This document shows positions 1 through 9,585 of a stretch of 42,859 nucleotides of DNA, piece by piece. A program made the position numbers and the translations under genes. The stretch covers positions 1 through 42,859 of the forward strand of contig MNYV01000035.1 of the NCBI GenBank assembly GCA_001873285.1, in the 5' to 3' direction. The notes beneath the pieces are model-generated. The model made no database searches. It had not been told where the DNA came from and saw only the letters and a program-made list of their open reading frames with translations. Origin of the DNA: Nitrospirae bacterium CG2_30_53_67 (lineage in GTDB: Bacteria; CG2-30-53-67). Position 1 is the first letter of the stretch. Each line of letters opens with the position of its first letter.

Positions 1-150
1 TACAAGGAGTTAAAGGAAAGGCCCCAGTCATATCAATTATGCTTGGAGATTTACAAAATAACAAAAAGACTTAAGAGTGATATCGAGGAGGTTGAGCGGA
101 TGCTCAAGGCACTGATCAAGTCACTGGAAAACAAACACTTGACCCCTTGA
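1..150 (+). pseudogene. Four helix bundle (23S rRNA IVP/Avd-like) protein remnant with internal deletion; 5' end outside the window
   Basis: Frame 1 reads YKELKERPQSYQLCLEIYKITKR-LKSDIEEVERMLKALIKSLENKHLTP*. The family's N-terminal and C-terminal helices are joined directly, with no central SQxRRAAxSxxSNIAEG core. Confidence 0.7.
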
Positions 151-170
151 ACCCTGGAATCCTTGACCCC
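139..170 (+). repeat. Imperfect 8-bp tandem repeat x4
   Basis: ttgacccc ttgaaccc tggaatcc ttgacccc. Confidence 0.8.
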
Positions 171-222
171 TTTTTTTACCCACTAAATGGGAGAAGAACC
201 TATATATTGAAATCCGCATAAT

Positions 223-277
223 TGTAAACTTTACATAAAAGTGGAAAAAATTTACATAAAAGTGGAAAAACTTTTCA
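223..277 (+). promoter_or_regulatory. Probable enhancer (bEBP, PrsR-like) sites for the PEP-CTERM gene
   Basis: Perfect 20-bp direct repeat tttacataaaagtggaaaaa at 230-249 and 251-270, plus TGTAAAcTTTACA palindrome at 223-235, ~120-170 bp upstream of a sigma54 site. Confidence 0.55.
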
Positions 278-391
278 CACTCATTTTTAAGCGGTTCCTG
301 ATGCCGGGGACGGAGCTTGGATCCCATGAAAATATCTTCAAGGAAAACAGATAGTTAAAAAAAACAAAAAATATTTTTGCGGTAGGGAAAG

Positions 392-408
392 TTGGTACGA
401 TAATTGCT
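392..408 (+). promoter_or_regulatory. Sigma54 (-24/-12) promoter
   Basis: TTGGTACGATAATTGCT with GG-N10-GC, upstream of a PEP-CTERM gene. Confidence 0.8.
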
Positions 409-505
409 CACTAAAAGCATGAAGGTTTAGCGTTTTCAAAAAAGGATACGAATAAAACTATTTTTGTTTTGAAATTTTTTTGAAACAAAGCAAGGGGGAT
501 TACTT

Positions 506-1201
506 ATGTTTAAGCCAAGAAAACTCTTACTATTACTTCCGGTTCTTTTATTGACCTTTCTCTTATCGGCCGGCGAGGCGTTAGCCATTCCGTTAGCGGA
601 TTTCGGTGGGGCTTTTTCTTTCACCATGGCCTATTCGGAGAAAGACAAAGGTAATACTACATACTATCCTTCCACGCTCTCTCTAAATTCCATGGACATC
701 ACCGCCGTGGAGACCTGGGCCGGTGGGGTTAATTCAACGGACCCGATCGTGACCAATCGTGCCTACATCTACATCGGGGGAATGCTGACAACCCCGTATG
801 GAAGCCCCGCAAACCCGTTCCAGTCCCTGACCGGGGGAGACGGTGTTTTTAGAATTACCGACGGGACGAATACCTATCTGACCGGTAGCTTAGCCCTTCC
901 GGTTGATTTCTACGTGCAAGGGTCTGCTCAAAAGGCTGTTGTCACTGTAAGCGGGATCTCTGTTTTCAATACCATCGGGTCCGCTTACCTAAGCGAACTC
1001 TCCGGCGTCAGTTCGTTCTCCTTTGCACCAAACCTGACTTTTTGTAACCCACATGCCAATAATTTTCTATCCAGCGGTACGGGAAGCATAGGGGGGAAAC
1101 TTAACGCCTATACGGCCCCGCCGGTAATTCCTGAACCGTCCAGTCTGGTCCTGCTGGGGTCGGGGGTGGCCGGGCTGCTGTTGCTGCGCAGAAAAAAATA
1201 G
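506..1201 (+). CDS. PEP-CTERM sorting domain protein (exosortase substrate)
   Basis: Signal peptide, Ser/Thr/Gly-rich body, C-terminal IPEPSSLVLLGSGVAGLLLLRRKK. Confidence 0.93.
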   Translation: MFKPRKLLLLLPVLLLTFLLSAGEALAIPLADFGGAFSFTMAYSEKDKGNTTYYPSTLSLNSMDITAVETWAGGVNSTDPIVTNRAYIYIGGMLTTPYGSPANPFQSLTGGDGVFRITDGTNTYLTGSLALPVDFYVQGSAQKAVVTVSGISVFNTIGSAYLSELSGVSSFSFAPNLTFCNPHANNFLSSGTGSIGGKLNAYTAPPVIPEPSSLVLLGSGVAGLLLLRRKK

Positions 1202-1265
1202 AATAGAAGGGTTTATACCCATTAGCTTTATAAAACGATTATAACCTAAAGGAGGAAGACAAACC

Positions 1266-2327
1266 ATGAAGCGCCAAATCAGAAATCTAAAATCGTTCTT
1301 GCTCTTGCCCATATTTTTTTTACTTACGGGGTCAATGAGCGCCTATGCAACCCCTTCACTTCCAAGTGCCAATATCACCGGCCGTCTGGTGACCGATGCC
1401 AACAACACTCTATCACTTTCTTTGAGTTTCATCAGCCAGGTTAATTACCTGGACACAAGCTATGCCCAGGGCAATACCCCGGGGATTGAGAGTATCATCG
1501 GGGCAACGGTGACCATGACCGGGGCCACAAGGGTTTCACCGGGAAGCCTGACATTTACTGATGGCCTGCTGGAGGTCAAAGGTTCGGACAGTTATACCTA
1601 CATCAGTGCCACGGTTAACAGTATCTCCCTGACGATTTTCCCGGATGGGACCGTGGCCCTCAATCCGAATCTGGACGCAACAAACCCCGCCACGCTGAAC
1701 CTCGTCATGAGTGCCCTGAACACGGACACAACCCACCCGTCCCGGTTTGTGGATGAGTGGAGAACGGCCCTGAATGGGGGGACAATAGCCGGGATGCTGA
1801 TCATGGCCGAGCTTCAGAGGGATAATTATGGGAATATCATCGGCGATCCCACGGGGGTCAGTAATTCGAACATCTCTATGGGCCTCCTGGATGGGTCGCC
1901 TGCAGCCCCTCCGGCTCCGATTACGGCCAGAAGCATGGGGTATTGGAAGACGCATGATGCGGAGCGCGGGCAGTATCTGTCTTCGGCAATTGCCGTGGAT
2001 AATAGACACAAGGGAGCGTTTCATAACTCATCCTCCCAGTTGGAAGATGCCGTGATCACCAAAGGTAAGAAGACCATGTTACAGAAGGCGCAGCAGGAGT
2101 TGGGCGCGCTTTTGTTGAATATCGCTGCGGGATTGAGTGAGGGCAATCTACTGAGTGTTTCACAGCTTGAACTGATTGACCCGGTACTGAATACGCCAAC
2201 GGTTGTGGAGGATACAGTCGGTGAGGCCGTGGATGATATCGAGGCGGTGATCCTGAATCCTCTCAGCACTTCAAGCGACCTGGAAAGGGTCAAGGATCTT
2301 GCGGAATCGATCAATACGGCGGAATAG
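1266..2327 (+). CDS. Secreted hypothetical protein with Thr/Ser-rich N-domain, PAAPPAP linker and C-terminal SMGYWKTH-motif helical domain
   Basis: RBS aggagg, signal peptide ending AYA, 353 aa, followed by terminator. Confidence 0.8.
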   Translation: MKRQIRNLKSFLLLPIFFLLTGSMSAYATPSLPSANITGRLVTDANNTLSLSLSFISQVNYLDTSYAQGNTPGIESIIGATVTMTGATRVSPGSLTFTDGLLEVKGSDSYTYISATVNSISLTIFPDGTVALNPNLDATNPATLNLVMSALNTDTTHPSRFVDEWRTALNGGTIAGMLIMAELQRDNYGNIIGDPTGVSNSNISMGLLDGSPAAPPAPITARSMGYWKTHDAERGQYLSSAIAVDNRHKGAFHNSSSQLEDAVITKGKKTMLQKAQQELGALLLNIAAGLSEGNLLSVSQLELIDPVLNTPTVVEDTVGEAVDDIEAVILNPLSTSSDLERVKDLAESINTAE

Positions 2328-2351
2328 ATCAGGTATTTAAGGTATTACCGT

Positions 2352-2390
2352 AAAAGGCGGCGTATCGAAAATCATACGCCGCCTTTTTTT
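2352..2390 (+). terminator. Rho-independent terminator
   Basis: aaaaggcggcgtat / atacgccgcctttt stem followed by T-run. Confidence 0.9.
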
Positions 2391-2528
2391 ATCCCTCCCT
2401 GAGAAGAGAAGAAAATCCTATAATTGACAAATATATTGCAGTTGTTTAGAGTACCTCCTGCAGATTGAATCATAAGAAGGACCCTGCGGCCTTTTGAAGA
2501 GACGTGCAGGAACACGTCATACAAAGTT

Positions 2529-2682
2529 GACGGCTTCGTAAAAAGTCCGTCTGCGGCGTTGCGCTTCATTCTTCGTCGTTGCAGCGTACTTCTAAGTACG
2601 CCTCATTCCTCAGAATTCGCGCGCCTGGCATCCGGAGCTTTTTACTGTGCCGTCCCACTTGTGGACTTTTTACGAGTCCATC
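2529..2682. mobile_element. MITE-like element 1
   Basis: TIRs gacggcttcgtaaaaagtcc (2529-2548) / ggactttttacgagtccatc (2663-2682), 17/20 match, flanked by aaagtt direct repeats (2523-2528, 2683-2688). Confidence 0.8.
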
Positions 2683-2735
2683 AAAGTTGATCAGCCCATG
2701 TTCACGGATCGGGTTGAAGGGGCATTCAGTTCTCT

Positions 2736-5700
2736 ATGGTCTTAAAAATTCTTAAAAAAAAGATCCTTTTACCCCTGATCCTGGCGTCTGTCCTGATTCT
2801 CTTCCTTTTCACGCTTCAGACTACGCTTCAACGGATACTTCCCCGGAATACGATCACAAACTGGGCCGCCCAAACCATGGGAAAAAAGCTTTCCGTGCGG
2901 ACCTCCATCGAGGATGTGCGCCTGAGCGTCTTTCCCCGCCCGTCCATACGGATGCGCAACATCCGGCTCTCGGACCTGAAGACGGGCACGGACTGGATCA
3001 GGGCCGAATCCCTGGAGGTCAAACTGAAAATTTTTCCCCTTCTCTTCGGCCAGGCCCTTGCTTACAAGGTCTATCTGAAACACCCGGAGATCCAAATCCT
3101 GAGAGACGACCATGGACGATGGCTCTTTATGAGCCCCGCCCCACCCGTAACTTCCGAAGAAGGGGTCAAAAAACACGAACCGGCGCTTAACCTGCAGACG
3201 ACGATCAAAAGCATCTTTTTCAAGAACGCCTCCCTCGTGATTCTGGACCGGCGGGATCCATCTAAAAGGCCTCATCTTGTGCTTCAGGAAGTTGACGGTT
3301 CCTTGAAACGGCCCTCCGAAGGGGCCCCGGTCCAACTGAAGATCAAGGGGCGGTTCCCGCACAGGCTCCTCGAGCTGAACTCCTTTTCCATCAAGGGAGA
3401 GATCGAGCCTGATGCCGGGACACTGGACCTAAAACGCGTGAAGGTTGATGCCGGCCTTGACCTCTACCGAATGCCGGCGGAAATCTCCAGGCCCTATCTG
3501 CGTGAATTCCTCGATCTCCAGCAGATTTCAGGAACGACCGATCTGAAGGCACATTTTATCATCCATCCGGACCACGGGCTCGACCTATCCGGAGATCTCT
3601 CGATGAATCATTTTCATTTCGTGGTCCCTCAATATGCCTCCCATCCCCTCATGGGGAAAGAGGCCCTCCTGAAATTTTCCCTCCATACCGCTGAAGGCAT
3701 CGTCAACGTCAAACACCTGGATCTCAGGCTGGGGGATCTCTCGGCCTGGGGGCATGGCATCTGGACCGGGAATCTCAATGGAAAACCCTGGTACGGGATT
3801 TCCCTGCACGCATCGAATCTCTCCTTCGAAGGAGTGCGGGGTTACCTTCCGGACCGGCTCCTGCCTGAAAAAATAGCACGCTCCATCAGGCATGTCTCTT
3901 CAACCGGAAGCCTGGATATTCCTTTACTTGAGATCACGGCAGCCGGCAAACCGCCATCGGAGACCGCCCAGGAGATAGCCGCCGGAGAAGGTCTTGCAGG
4001 ATACGAAAAGCGTTTCTCCATCAAGGTCGCCTTTCATGATTTCGGTTTGAAACAGGGCGGAGACATCCTGACCCTCTCACCGGTCAACGGGGAGATCTCC
4101 GTGGACCAGGATGCCGTTCAATTCCTGGACCTGAGCGGGGGGTATGGGAACTCCCGCTTCAATAAAATCACCGGGACTTTTTCCAGGACCGGGTCCAGGG
4201 AGACGGACCTTGAGATTGATGCAGGCCTGAACCTCCAGGAGATCCAGACTCTTCTTCTGCAATTACCGGAACCCATACGCGATACACTCCCTTTCTCACA
4301 CGTCCGTCAGTCCATAGGGTATGCCGGCGTACAGATCAGCCTGCGCTCTTCAAAAAACAAGGAGACGCCGTTTTCAATCCAGGGAACCATGGACCTAACT
4401 GGGGCGGGGTTCGCTTTCCCCCTGTCTCCTTTTGCCATCTCCGGGATCGAGGGAAGGCTGACCTTCAAAGAGAACGAAGTCCTCCCCTTCTCCCTGAAGG
4501 CAAAGATCGGCAATCTCCCGACCCTGATCCAAGGGAAGGTCTCCAGGGTCGGGAGCAACGACCCCTCTATCCGGCTGAAAATCTCTGCCATCCCCACGGA
4601 ACAGGATCTGACCTCATGGTTTCCCATATTTCAGAGAATCCTGAAGATCAGGGATGGGAATCCTGAACTCATCCTCCTGCTGGACGGAACCCCCAGCGAC
4701 ATGAATATGGATACCAGTCTTGACCTGACCAAGACCTCCTTTTCTCTCTCGGACTGGATGTCTAAGACCGCCGGGACCGGGAGCCGCTTAGGTTTTACCG
4801 GCCATGTGCTAAACGGGAAGGAGATGATCATTCAGAAGGGGGGATGGAGGCTTGGCGGGGAATCCCTCCTTTTTACAGGGAGTGTCAAGGAGAGCGCCGG
4901 GCTTTCCATTAAACTCGACATCAAAAATGCGGGAATCTCATTGCAGTCTCTTGCCGGGATCTTCCCCGTTTTGTCGGACAATCCGCCGGACTCCCATGTG
5001 TCAGGAGATCTCACGCTTTCATACAAGCCAAAAGATAAAGACCCCGTGGACGTGAAAGGAGACCTTCTCCTGAACCATGTCTCGGCGCATCCCCGCATGA
5101 GCCCCTGGACATTCCGCAAGATTGACGGGACCCTGCATTTTGCCGGCAAGGAGGTCTCGGCCAGGGGTGTCCAATGTGAATGGGGGGATGTTCCCCTTTC
5201 TTTTGACCTCAGGATCCCGAGGTTGGGCTCACCGGAACCGGAGCTCCGGATCGTTTTCCCTGACCTGGACCTGGCCCCCTTGGAAAAGGAATTCTTCTCC
5301 CCCGAAAGCGCCCTTCATAAGACCGACAGGGCGGCCTTGAAAAAAACCCGATTCAAGGCCGATCTCACCATGAACAAGGTCCGGTACAAACAATATGAAC
5401 TGCAAAACTTCCTGGCCGGCCTGGACATGAAAGACGGGGCGCTGACGATCCCATCCTTCACAACAGCCGGACTGGAGGGCACAGCAACGGGCAAGGCCGG
5501 TATCGACTTCCTTTCCGCAGAGATCCCGCGGTTCCAGGCCGAGGCGCAGATCGCCGGGGTGAGCGCCGAAAAGTACCTCCAGCTTTTCCCGGACAACCGC
5601 ACCTTCTATACCGGCGAGATCAGCGGATTCATCCGGGTGGAAGGCCATCTTTATCCGTCCCTTGAAGAAACATCCCGGCAAATGACCGGCGGGGCGCATC

Positions 5701-6236
5701 TTAGGATCCGATCCACACGGGAACGTAATTACCTCTTCAATCTCATCAAAGAGATCATCAACCGTGTTGAGATCATGGCAGGGAGGAAAGACGATCTCTT
5801 TCGTATCCTTGAATACGATACCATGGGCGGGGATTTCACCATCCATGATGGAAAATTTCATTCAGAGAACTTTTACATCAGTCAATACAACAAATTCGAT
5901 GTATCGGGGCTGACCCTGGACAAGCTGACCGCAGCGGTCCCAATCCGTGTCAAATACAACGTCGGGGCGGCAGGGAGCTATAATTTTCTCAATTCATACA
6001 TCGACTGTTATATCATGGCCCAGCCATTCTCCATGGCCACCGATATCATCAAGATGGTCCCTATCGCCGGCAAGGTGCTGACCGGCAAAGATGAAAGCCT
6101 CTATGCCGTTTATTATCATTACAAGGGACTGACTTCCAATGCGTTCCAGGATAAAAAGGAAGAGGCGCAGATGAAGAGCATCTCTTTCAAAGAGATCCCT
6201 GAACCGTTCAAAAATTCCCTGATCAAGAAGGAGTGA
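2736..6236 (+). CDS. AsmA-like (AsmA/YhdP/TamB superfamily) protein
   Basis: N-terminal TM, AsmA-type N-terminus (LSVFPRPSIRMRNIRL), repeated beta-rich segments, AsmA-like C-terminus, 1166 aa. Confidence 0.8.
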   Translation: MVLKILKKKILLPLILASVLILFLFTLQTTLQRILPRNTITNWAAQTMGKKLSVRTSIEDVRLSVFPRPSIRMRNIRLSDLKTGTDWIRAESLEVKLKIFPLLFGQALAYKVYLKHPEIQILRDDHGRWLFMSPAPPVTSEEGVKKHEPALNLQTTIKSIFFKNASLVILDRRDPSKRPHLVLQEVDGSLKRPSEGAPVQLKIKGRFPHRLLELNSFSIKGEIEPDAGTLDLKRVKVDAGLDLYRMPAEISRPYLREFLDLQQISGTTDLKAHFIIHPDHGLDLSGDLSMNHFHFVVPQYASHPLMGKEALLKFSLHTAEGIVNVKHLDLRLGDLSAWGHGIWTGNLNGKPWYGISLHASNLSFEGVRGYLPDRLLPEKIARSIRHVSSTGSLDIPLLEITAAGKPPSETAQEIAAGEGLAGYEKRFSIKVAFHDFGLKQGGDILTLSPVNGEISVDQDAVQFLDLSGGYGNSRFNKITGTFSRTGSRETDLEIDAGLNLQEIQTLLLQLPEPIRDTLPFSHVRQSIGYAGVQISLRSSKNKETPFSIQGTMDLTGAGFAFPLSPFAISGIEGRLTFKENEVLPFSLKAKIGNLPTLIQGKVSRVGSNDPSIRLKISAIPTEQDLTSWFPIFQRILKIRDGNPELILLLDGTPSDMNMDTSLDLTKTSFSLSDWMSKTAGTGSRLGFTGHVLNGKEMIIQKGGWRLGGESLLFTGSVKESAGLSIKLDIKNAGISLQSLAGIFPVLSDNPPDSHVSGDLTLSYKPKDKDPVDVKGDLLLNHVSAHPRMSPWTFRKIDGTLHFAGKEVSARGVQCEWGDVPLSFDLRIPRLGSPEPELRIVFPDLDLAPLEKEFFSPESALHKTDRAALKKTRFKADLTMNKVRYKQYELQNFLAGLDMKDGALTIPSFTTAGLEGTATGKAGIDFLSAEIPRFQAEAQIAGVSAEKYLQLFPDNRTFYTGEISGFIRVEGHLYPSLEETSRQMTGGAHLRIRSTRERNYLFNLIKEIINRVEIMAGRKDDLFRILEYDTMGGDFTIHDGKFHSENFYISQYNKFDVSGLTLDKLTAAVPIRVKYNVGAAGSYNFLNSYIDCYIMAQPFSMATDIIKMVPIAGKVLTGKDESLYAVYYHYKGLTSNAFQDKKEEAQMKSISFKEIPEPFKNSLIKKE

Positions 6237-6268
6237 CCGGCATCGGGGTTATCTTCCAAGGATCTCAC

Positions 6269-6316
6269 TGCATAAATTTTAAGCACATTCCCATATTCGG
6301 GCATCATGGATAGGCA
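6269..6316 (+). promoter_or_regulatory. Two putative NtrC-type activator sites
   Basis: TGC-N11-GCA at 6269-6285 and GGC-N11-GCA at 6300-6316, 31 bp apart, upstream of the sigma54 site of glnB-glnA. Confidence 0.55.
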
Positions 6317-6497
6317 GCTCGGCGCTTCCTCATAACTATTTAAAATTTCAGATCCATTTATCCACAGGCTGCCGTAAGACCGGGCAGGGTGACTAAGAAA
6401 TAAGCTCATCACGTATAGGCCATGTCGTGAAGCTGGCATAACTGCCGGATTTCCTATGATATTTCAAATGGTTGTTTTTTCTGTAATTCAGAGGGAG

Positions 6498-6514
6498 TTG
6501 GCATCAGGGTTGCA
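6498..6514 (+). promoter_or_regulatory. Sigma54 promoter of glnB-glnA
   Basis: TTGGCATCAGGGTTGCA with GG-N10-GC. Confidence 0.8.
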
Positions 6515-6753
6515 AAGACCGAATAAAAGGGATCCGTTGTTTTTGAGCCGTATCTCCATAGGATGGAGGGTCGGACGGATGCTGCTTTTTGATTCGTCAA
6601 GACTGGATTGGATCAAAGCGGGTTCTAAGATCAGGAGACGAGCGGGAATGATCTCTTGTGGAAGAATCCCGGCTGGAGGAGGTGATAAAGCCTTTACAAA
6701 AAAACAGGTTCTGTGATATTTTTTAACCTCTTCATCCGGTTTTATTCCAATAA

Positions 6754-7113
<360 letters not shown>

Positions 7114-7151
7114 ATTTAGATTTTAATTATCTCTCAGAAAGGAAAACGGCA

Positions 7152-8564
7152 ATGACACCACAAAAGGTTCTGGAGTATGCCAAAAAGAACAATGCAAAGA
7201 TGGTGGATCTTCGGTTCATGGATTTCCCCGGATTATGGCAGCATTTTTCCGTGCCCATCTGCAAACTGGAGCTTTCCATATTTGAGGAGGGATTGGGATT
7301 TGACGGGTCCAGTATCCGGGGATGGCAGGCCATCCATGCCTCGGACATGCTGGTCCTGCCGGACTCTGAGACGGCCATCATGGATCCCTTTACCGAGCAA
7401 CCCACGCTCATCTTGATCTGCAACATCGTGGACCCGATCACCAAGGAACGCTATTCCAGAGATCCGAGATACATCGCCCATAAGGCCGAGGCCTATCTCA
7501 AATCCACAGGGATCGGGGACACGGCCTATTTCGGTCCGGAGGCGGAGTTCTTCATCTTCAATGACATCCGTTACGACCAGAACCAGCACTGCGGTTACTA
7601 TTTTCTGGATTCCGACGAAGGGATATGGAATTCCGGCCGGGAGGAAACCCCCAACCTCGGCTACAAGCCCCGAAACAAAGAGGGTTACTTCCCTGTTCCC
7701 CCCACGGATAAATATCAGGACATCCGAACAGAGATGAGCTTGGTGCTCGAACAGATGGGGATTGATATCGAGGCGCAGCACCATGAAGTCGCCACAGCCG
7801 GGCAGGCCGAGATCGACATGAAGTATGCCCCCATGTCCAGGATGGCGGATCAGCTCCTTGGTTTCAAGTATGTGGTCAAGAATGTGGCGCGGAAACACGG
7901 CATGACCGCCACCTTTATGCCGAAGCCGATCTTCGGTGACAACGGTTCGGGCATGCATGTCCATCAATCCATATGGAAAGATGGTAAGCCCCTTTTCTCC
8001 GGCAACAAGTACGGCGGCATGAGCGATATGGGCCTTCATTACATCGGCGGGATCTTGAAGCACGCGGCAAGCCTCGTGGCCCTGACCAACCCCACCACCA
8101 ACTCTTTTAAACGGCTGGTGCCCGGATACGAAGCGCCGGTGAACCTGGCTTACTCATGCAGGAATCGAAGCGCCGCCATCCGAATTCCCATGTACTCTGC
8201 CAATCCCAAGGCCAAAAGGATTGAGGTCCGCTTCCCCGATGCATCCTGTAACCCATACCTGGCCTTTTCGGCCATGCTCATGGCCGGTCTGGATGGAATA
8301 GAGAACAAGATCGATCCGGGAGACCCGCTCGACAAAAACATCTATGACCTTGCGCCTGAGGAATTGGCCGGGGTCCCGTCGGTTCCAGGCTCTCTTGATG
8401 CGGCCTTGGAGTCGCTCGAAGAGGATCACGAATACCTTCTCAGGGGGGATGTCTTTACTCAGGACGTGATTGACACCTGGATCTCTTACAAACAGGAAAA
8501 CGAGATCGATGCCATCCGGCTTCGCCCTCATCCCTATGAGTTTTACCTTTACTTTGATATTTAA
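7152..8564 (+). CDS. glnA: Type I glutamine synthetase
   Basis: [43 protein letters not shown]. Confidence 0.98.
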   Translation: MTPQKVLEYAKKNNAKMVDLRFMDFPGLWQHFSVPICKLELSIFEEGLGFDGSSIRGWQAIHASDMLVLPDSETAIMDPFTEQPTLILICNIVDPITKERYSRDPRYIAHKAEAYLKSTGIGDTAYFGPEAEFFIFNDIRYDQNQHCGYYFLDSDEGIWNSGREETPNLGYKPRNKEGYFPVPPTDKYQDIRTEMSLVLEQMGIDIEAQHHEVATAGQAEIDMKYAPMSRMADQLLGFKYVVKNVARKHGMTATFMPKPIFGDNGSGMHVHQSIWKDGKPLFSGNKYGGMSDMGLHYIGGILKHAASLVALTNPTTNSFKRLVPGYEAPVNLAYSCRNRSAAIRIPMYSANPKAKRIEVRFPDASCNPYLAFSAMLMAGLDGIENKIDPGDPLDKNIYDLAPEELAGVPSVPGSLDAALESLEEDHEYLLRGDVFTQDVIDTWISYKQENEIDAIRLRPHPYEFYLYFDI

Positions 8565-8752
8565 GACGCAAGACTTTTCTCCTCTCCGGCGGCCATAAAC
8601 ACGGCCGCCGGATGATCTTCTCACGGCATCGTTATCCCTCAATGAAGATTTTTTAGTTTGTGCTTTACATTCTTTAAAAACGTGGTATATTCTCAGACTT
8701 AAAAACAGAGGAAAAAATTTTATTTACACTCTGTTATGAAAGGAGGTGATAC

Positions 8753-9160
8753 ATGATGAAAAAATCCATACTCTTTTTATCCTTGGCTGTAAGTTTGTTT
8801 ATTATGATCGGTCTTTTTGGACTGACTTCGTGCAAAAAAGCAGAAGAACAGGCACAAGACGTCATGGGGCAGGCTGGACAGGCGGTTGAGGAGACAGGAT
8901 CGGCCAAAGAGGAGAAGGCCGGCGAAATGGGGAAGGCTGAAGAAGCGGGTCCCGCGCCCACTGAAGAGGTAGCCCCTCAGGCTGAAACCCCGCCGAGCGC
9001 AGGAGCACCCGAAACAGAGCCCAGTGGAGTAGCGACCGAAACCCCGCCGGCCGAGGAGGCCCCTGCAGGCGCCGCCAATCCTGACACGGAGGCCGGTCAG
9101 CCCATGGAGAAAAACACCCAGGAAAATATGCCGGGAATGCCAGAAACTGAGCCAAAATAA
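8753..9160 (+). CDS. Lipoprotein, acidic Pro/Ala/Glu-rich and low-complexity
   Basis: RBS aggaggtg, lipobox LTSC, disordered body, followed by terminator. Confidence 0.8.
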   Translation: MMKKSILFLSLAVSLFIMIGLFGLTSCKKAEEQAQDVMGQAGQAVEETGSAKEEKAGEMGKAEEAGPAPTEEVAPQAETPPSAGAPETEPSGVATETPPAEEAPAGAANPDTEAGQPMEKNTQENMPGMPETEPK

Positions 9161-9187
9161 CCCAAAGCTCAGAACGATTGTTTGATG

Positions 9188-9225
9188 AAGAGGGGCTCAA
9201 AAAAAGTGAGGCCCCTCTTTTTTTT
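9188..9225 (+). terminator. Rho-independent terminator
   Basis: aagaggggctc / gaggcccctctt followed by T-run. Confidence 0.8.
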
Positions 9226-9366
9226 ACGCCTCTTGATTTGAACCCCTTCAAACAGAAGGACCCTCTCCCACCTTCAATAATCTCTTGACAAATTCCATAA
9301 GATGCATATAATACAAATATGATATTAGTAATATGTATTGTATTGTATTATGACTCTTTATAGAAT

Positions 9367-9585
9367 ATGGAGAAAAACATGACCTGCCCAAAATGTTCAT
9401 CAAAAATGTATAAGACCAATCTCATGTATGAATCCAATGGCACGGGTAATTTTTCAATTTCAGACGAGCCTTTTTTTTATAAATGTCTGATGTGCGGTCA
9501 TAATCATTTTCTGACAGAGCCGGGCTCAAAGAAGACTTTTATTAACGGCCAGAAAATCAAGGGGGTCCTGGTGGACGTGGATTAA
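9367..9585 (+). CDS. Small zinc-ribbon protein
   Basis: CPKC...CLMC; own promoter TTGACA(9285)-16-TATAAT(9307). Confidence 0.7.
   Translation: MEKNMTCPKCSSKMYKTNLMYESNGTGNFSISDEPFFYKCLMCGHNHFLTEPGSKKTFINGQKIKGVLVDVD

Noticed and set aside
1..150. Possible DGR accessory gene (Avd-like fold)
   Set aside because: No reverse transcriptase or TR/VR pair in the window; solitary four-helix-bundle genes are common
230..270. Direct repeat as CRISPR remnant or iteron
   Set aside because: Only two adjacent copies, no spacer, no cas or rep gene; better explained as activator sites
2455..2511. tcctgca/tgcagga stem after a TTGACA promoter as a riboswitch
   Set aside because: Only a 7-bp closing stem and no match to a family I recognise
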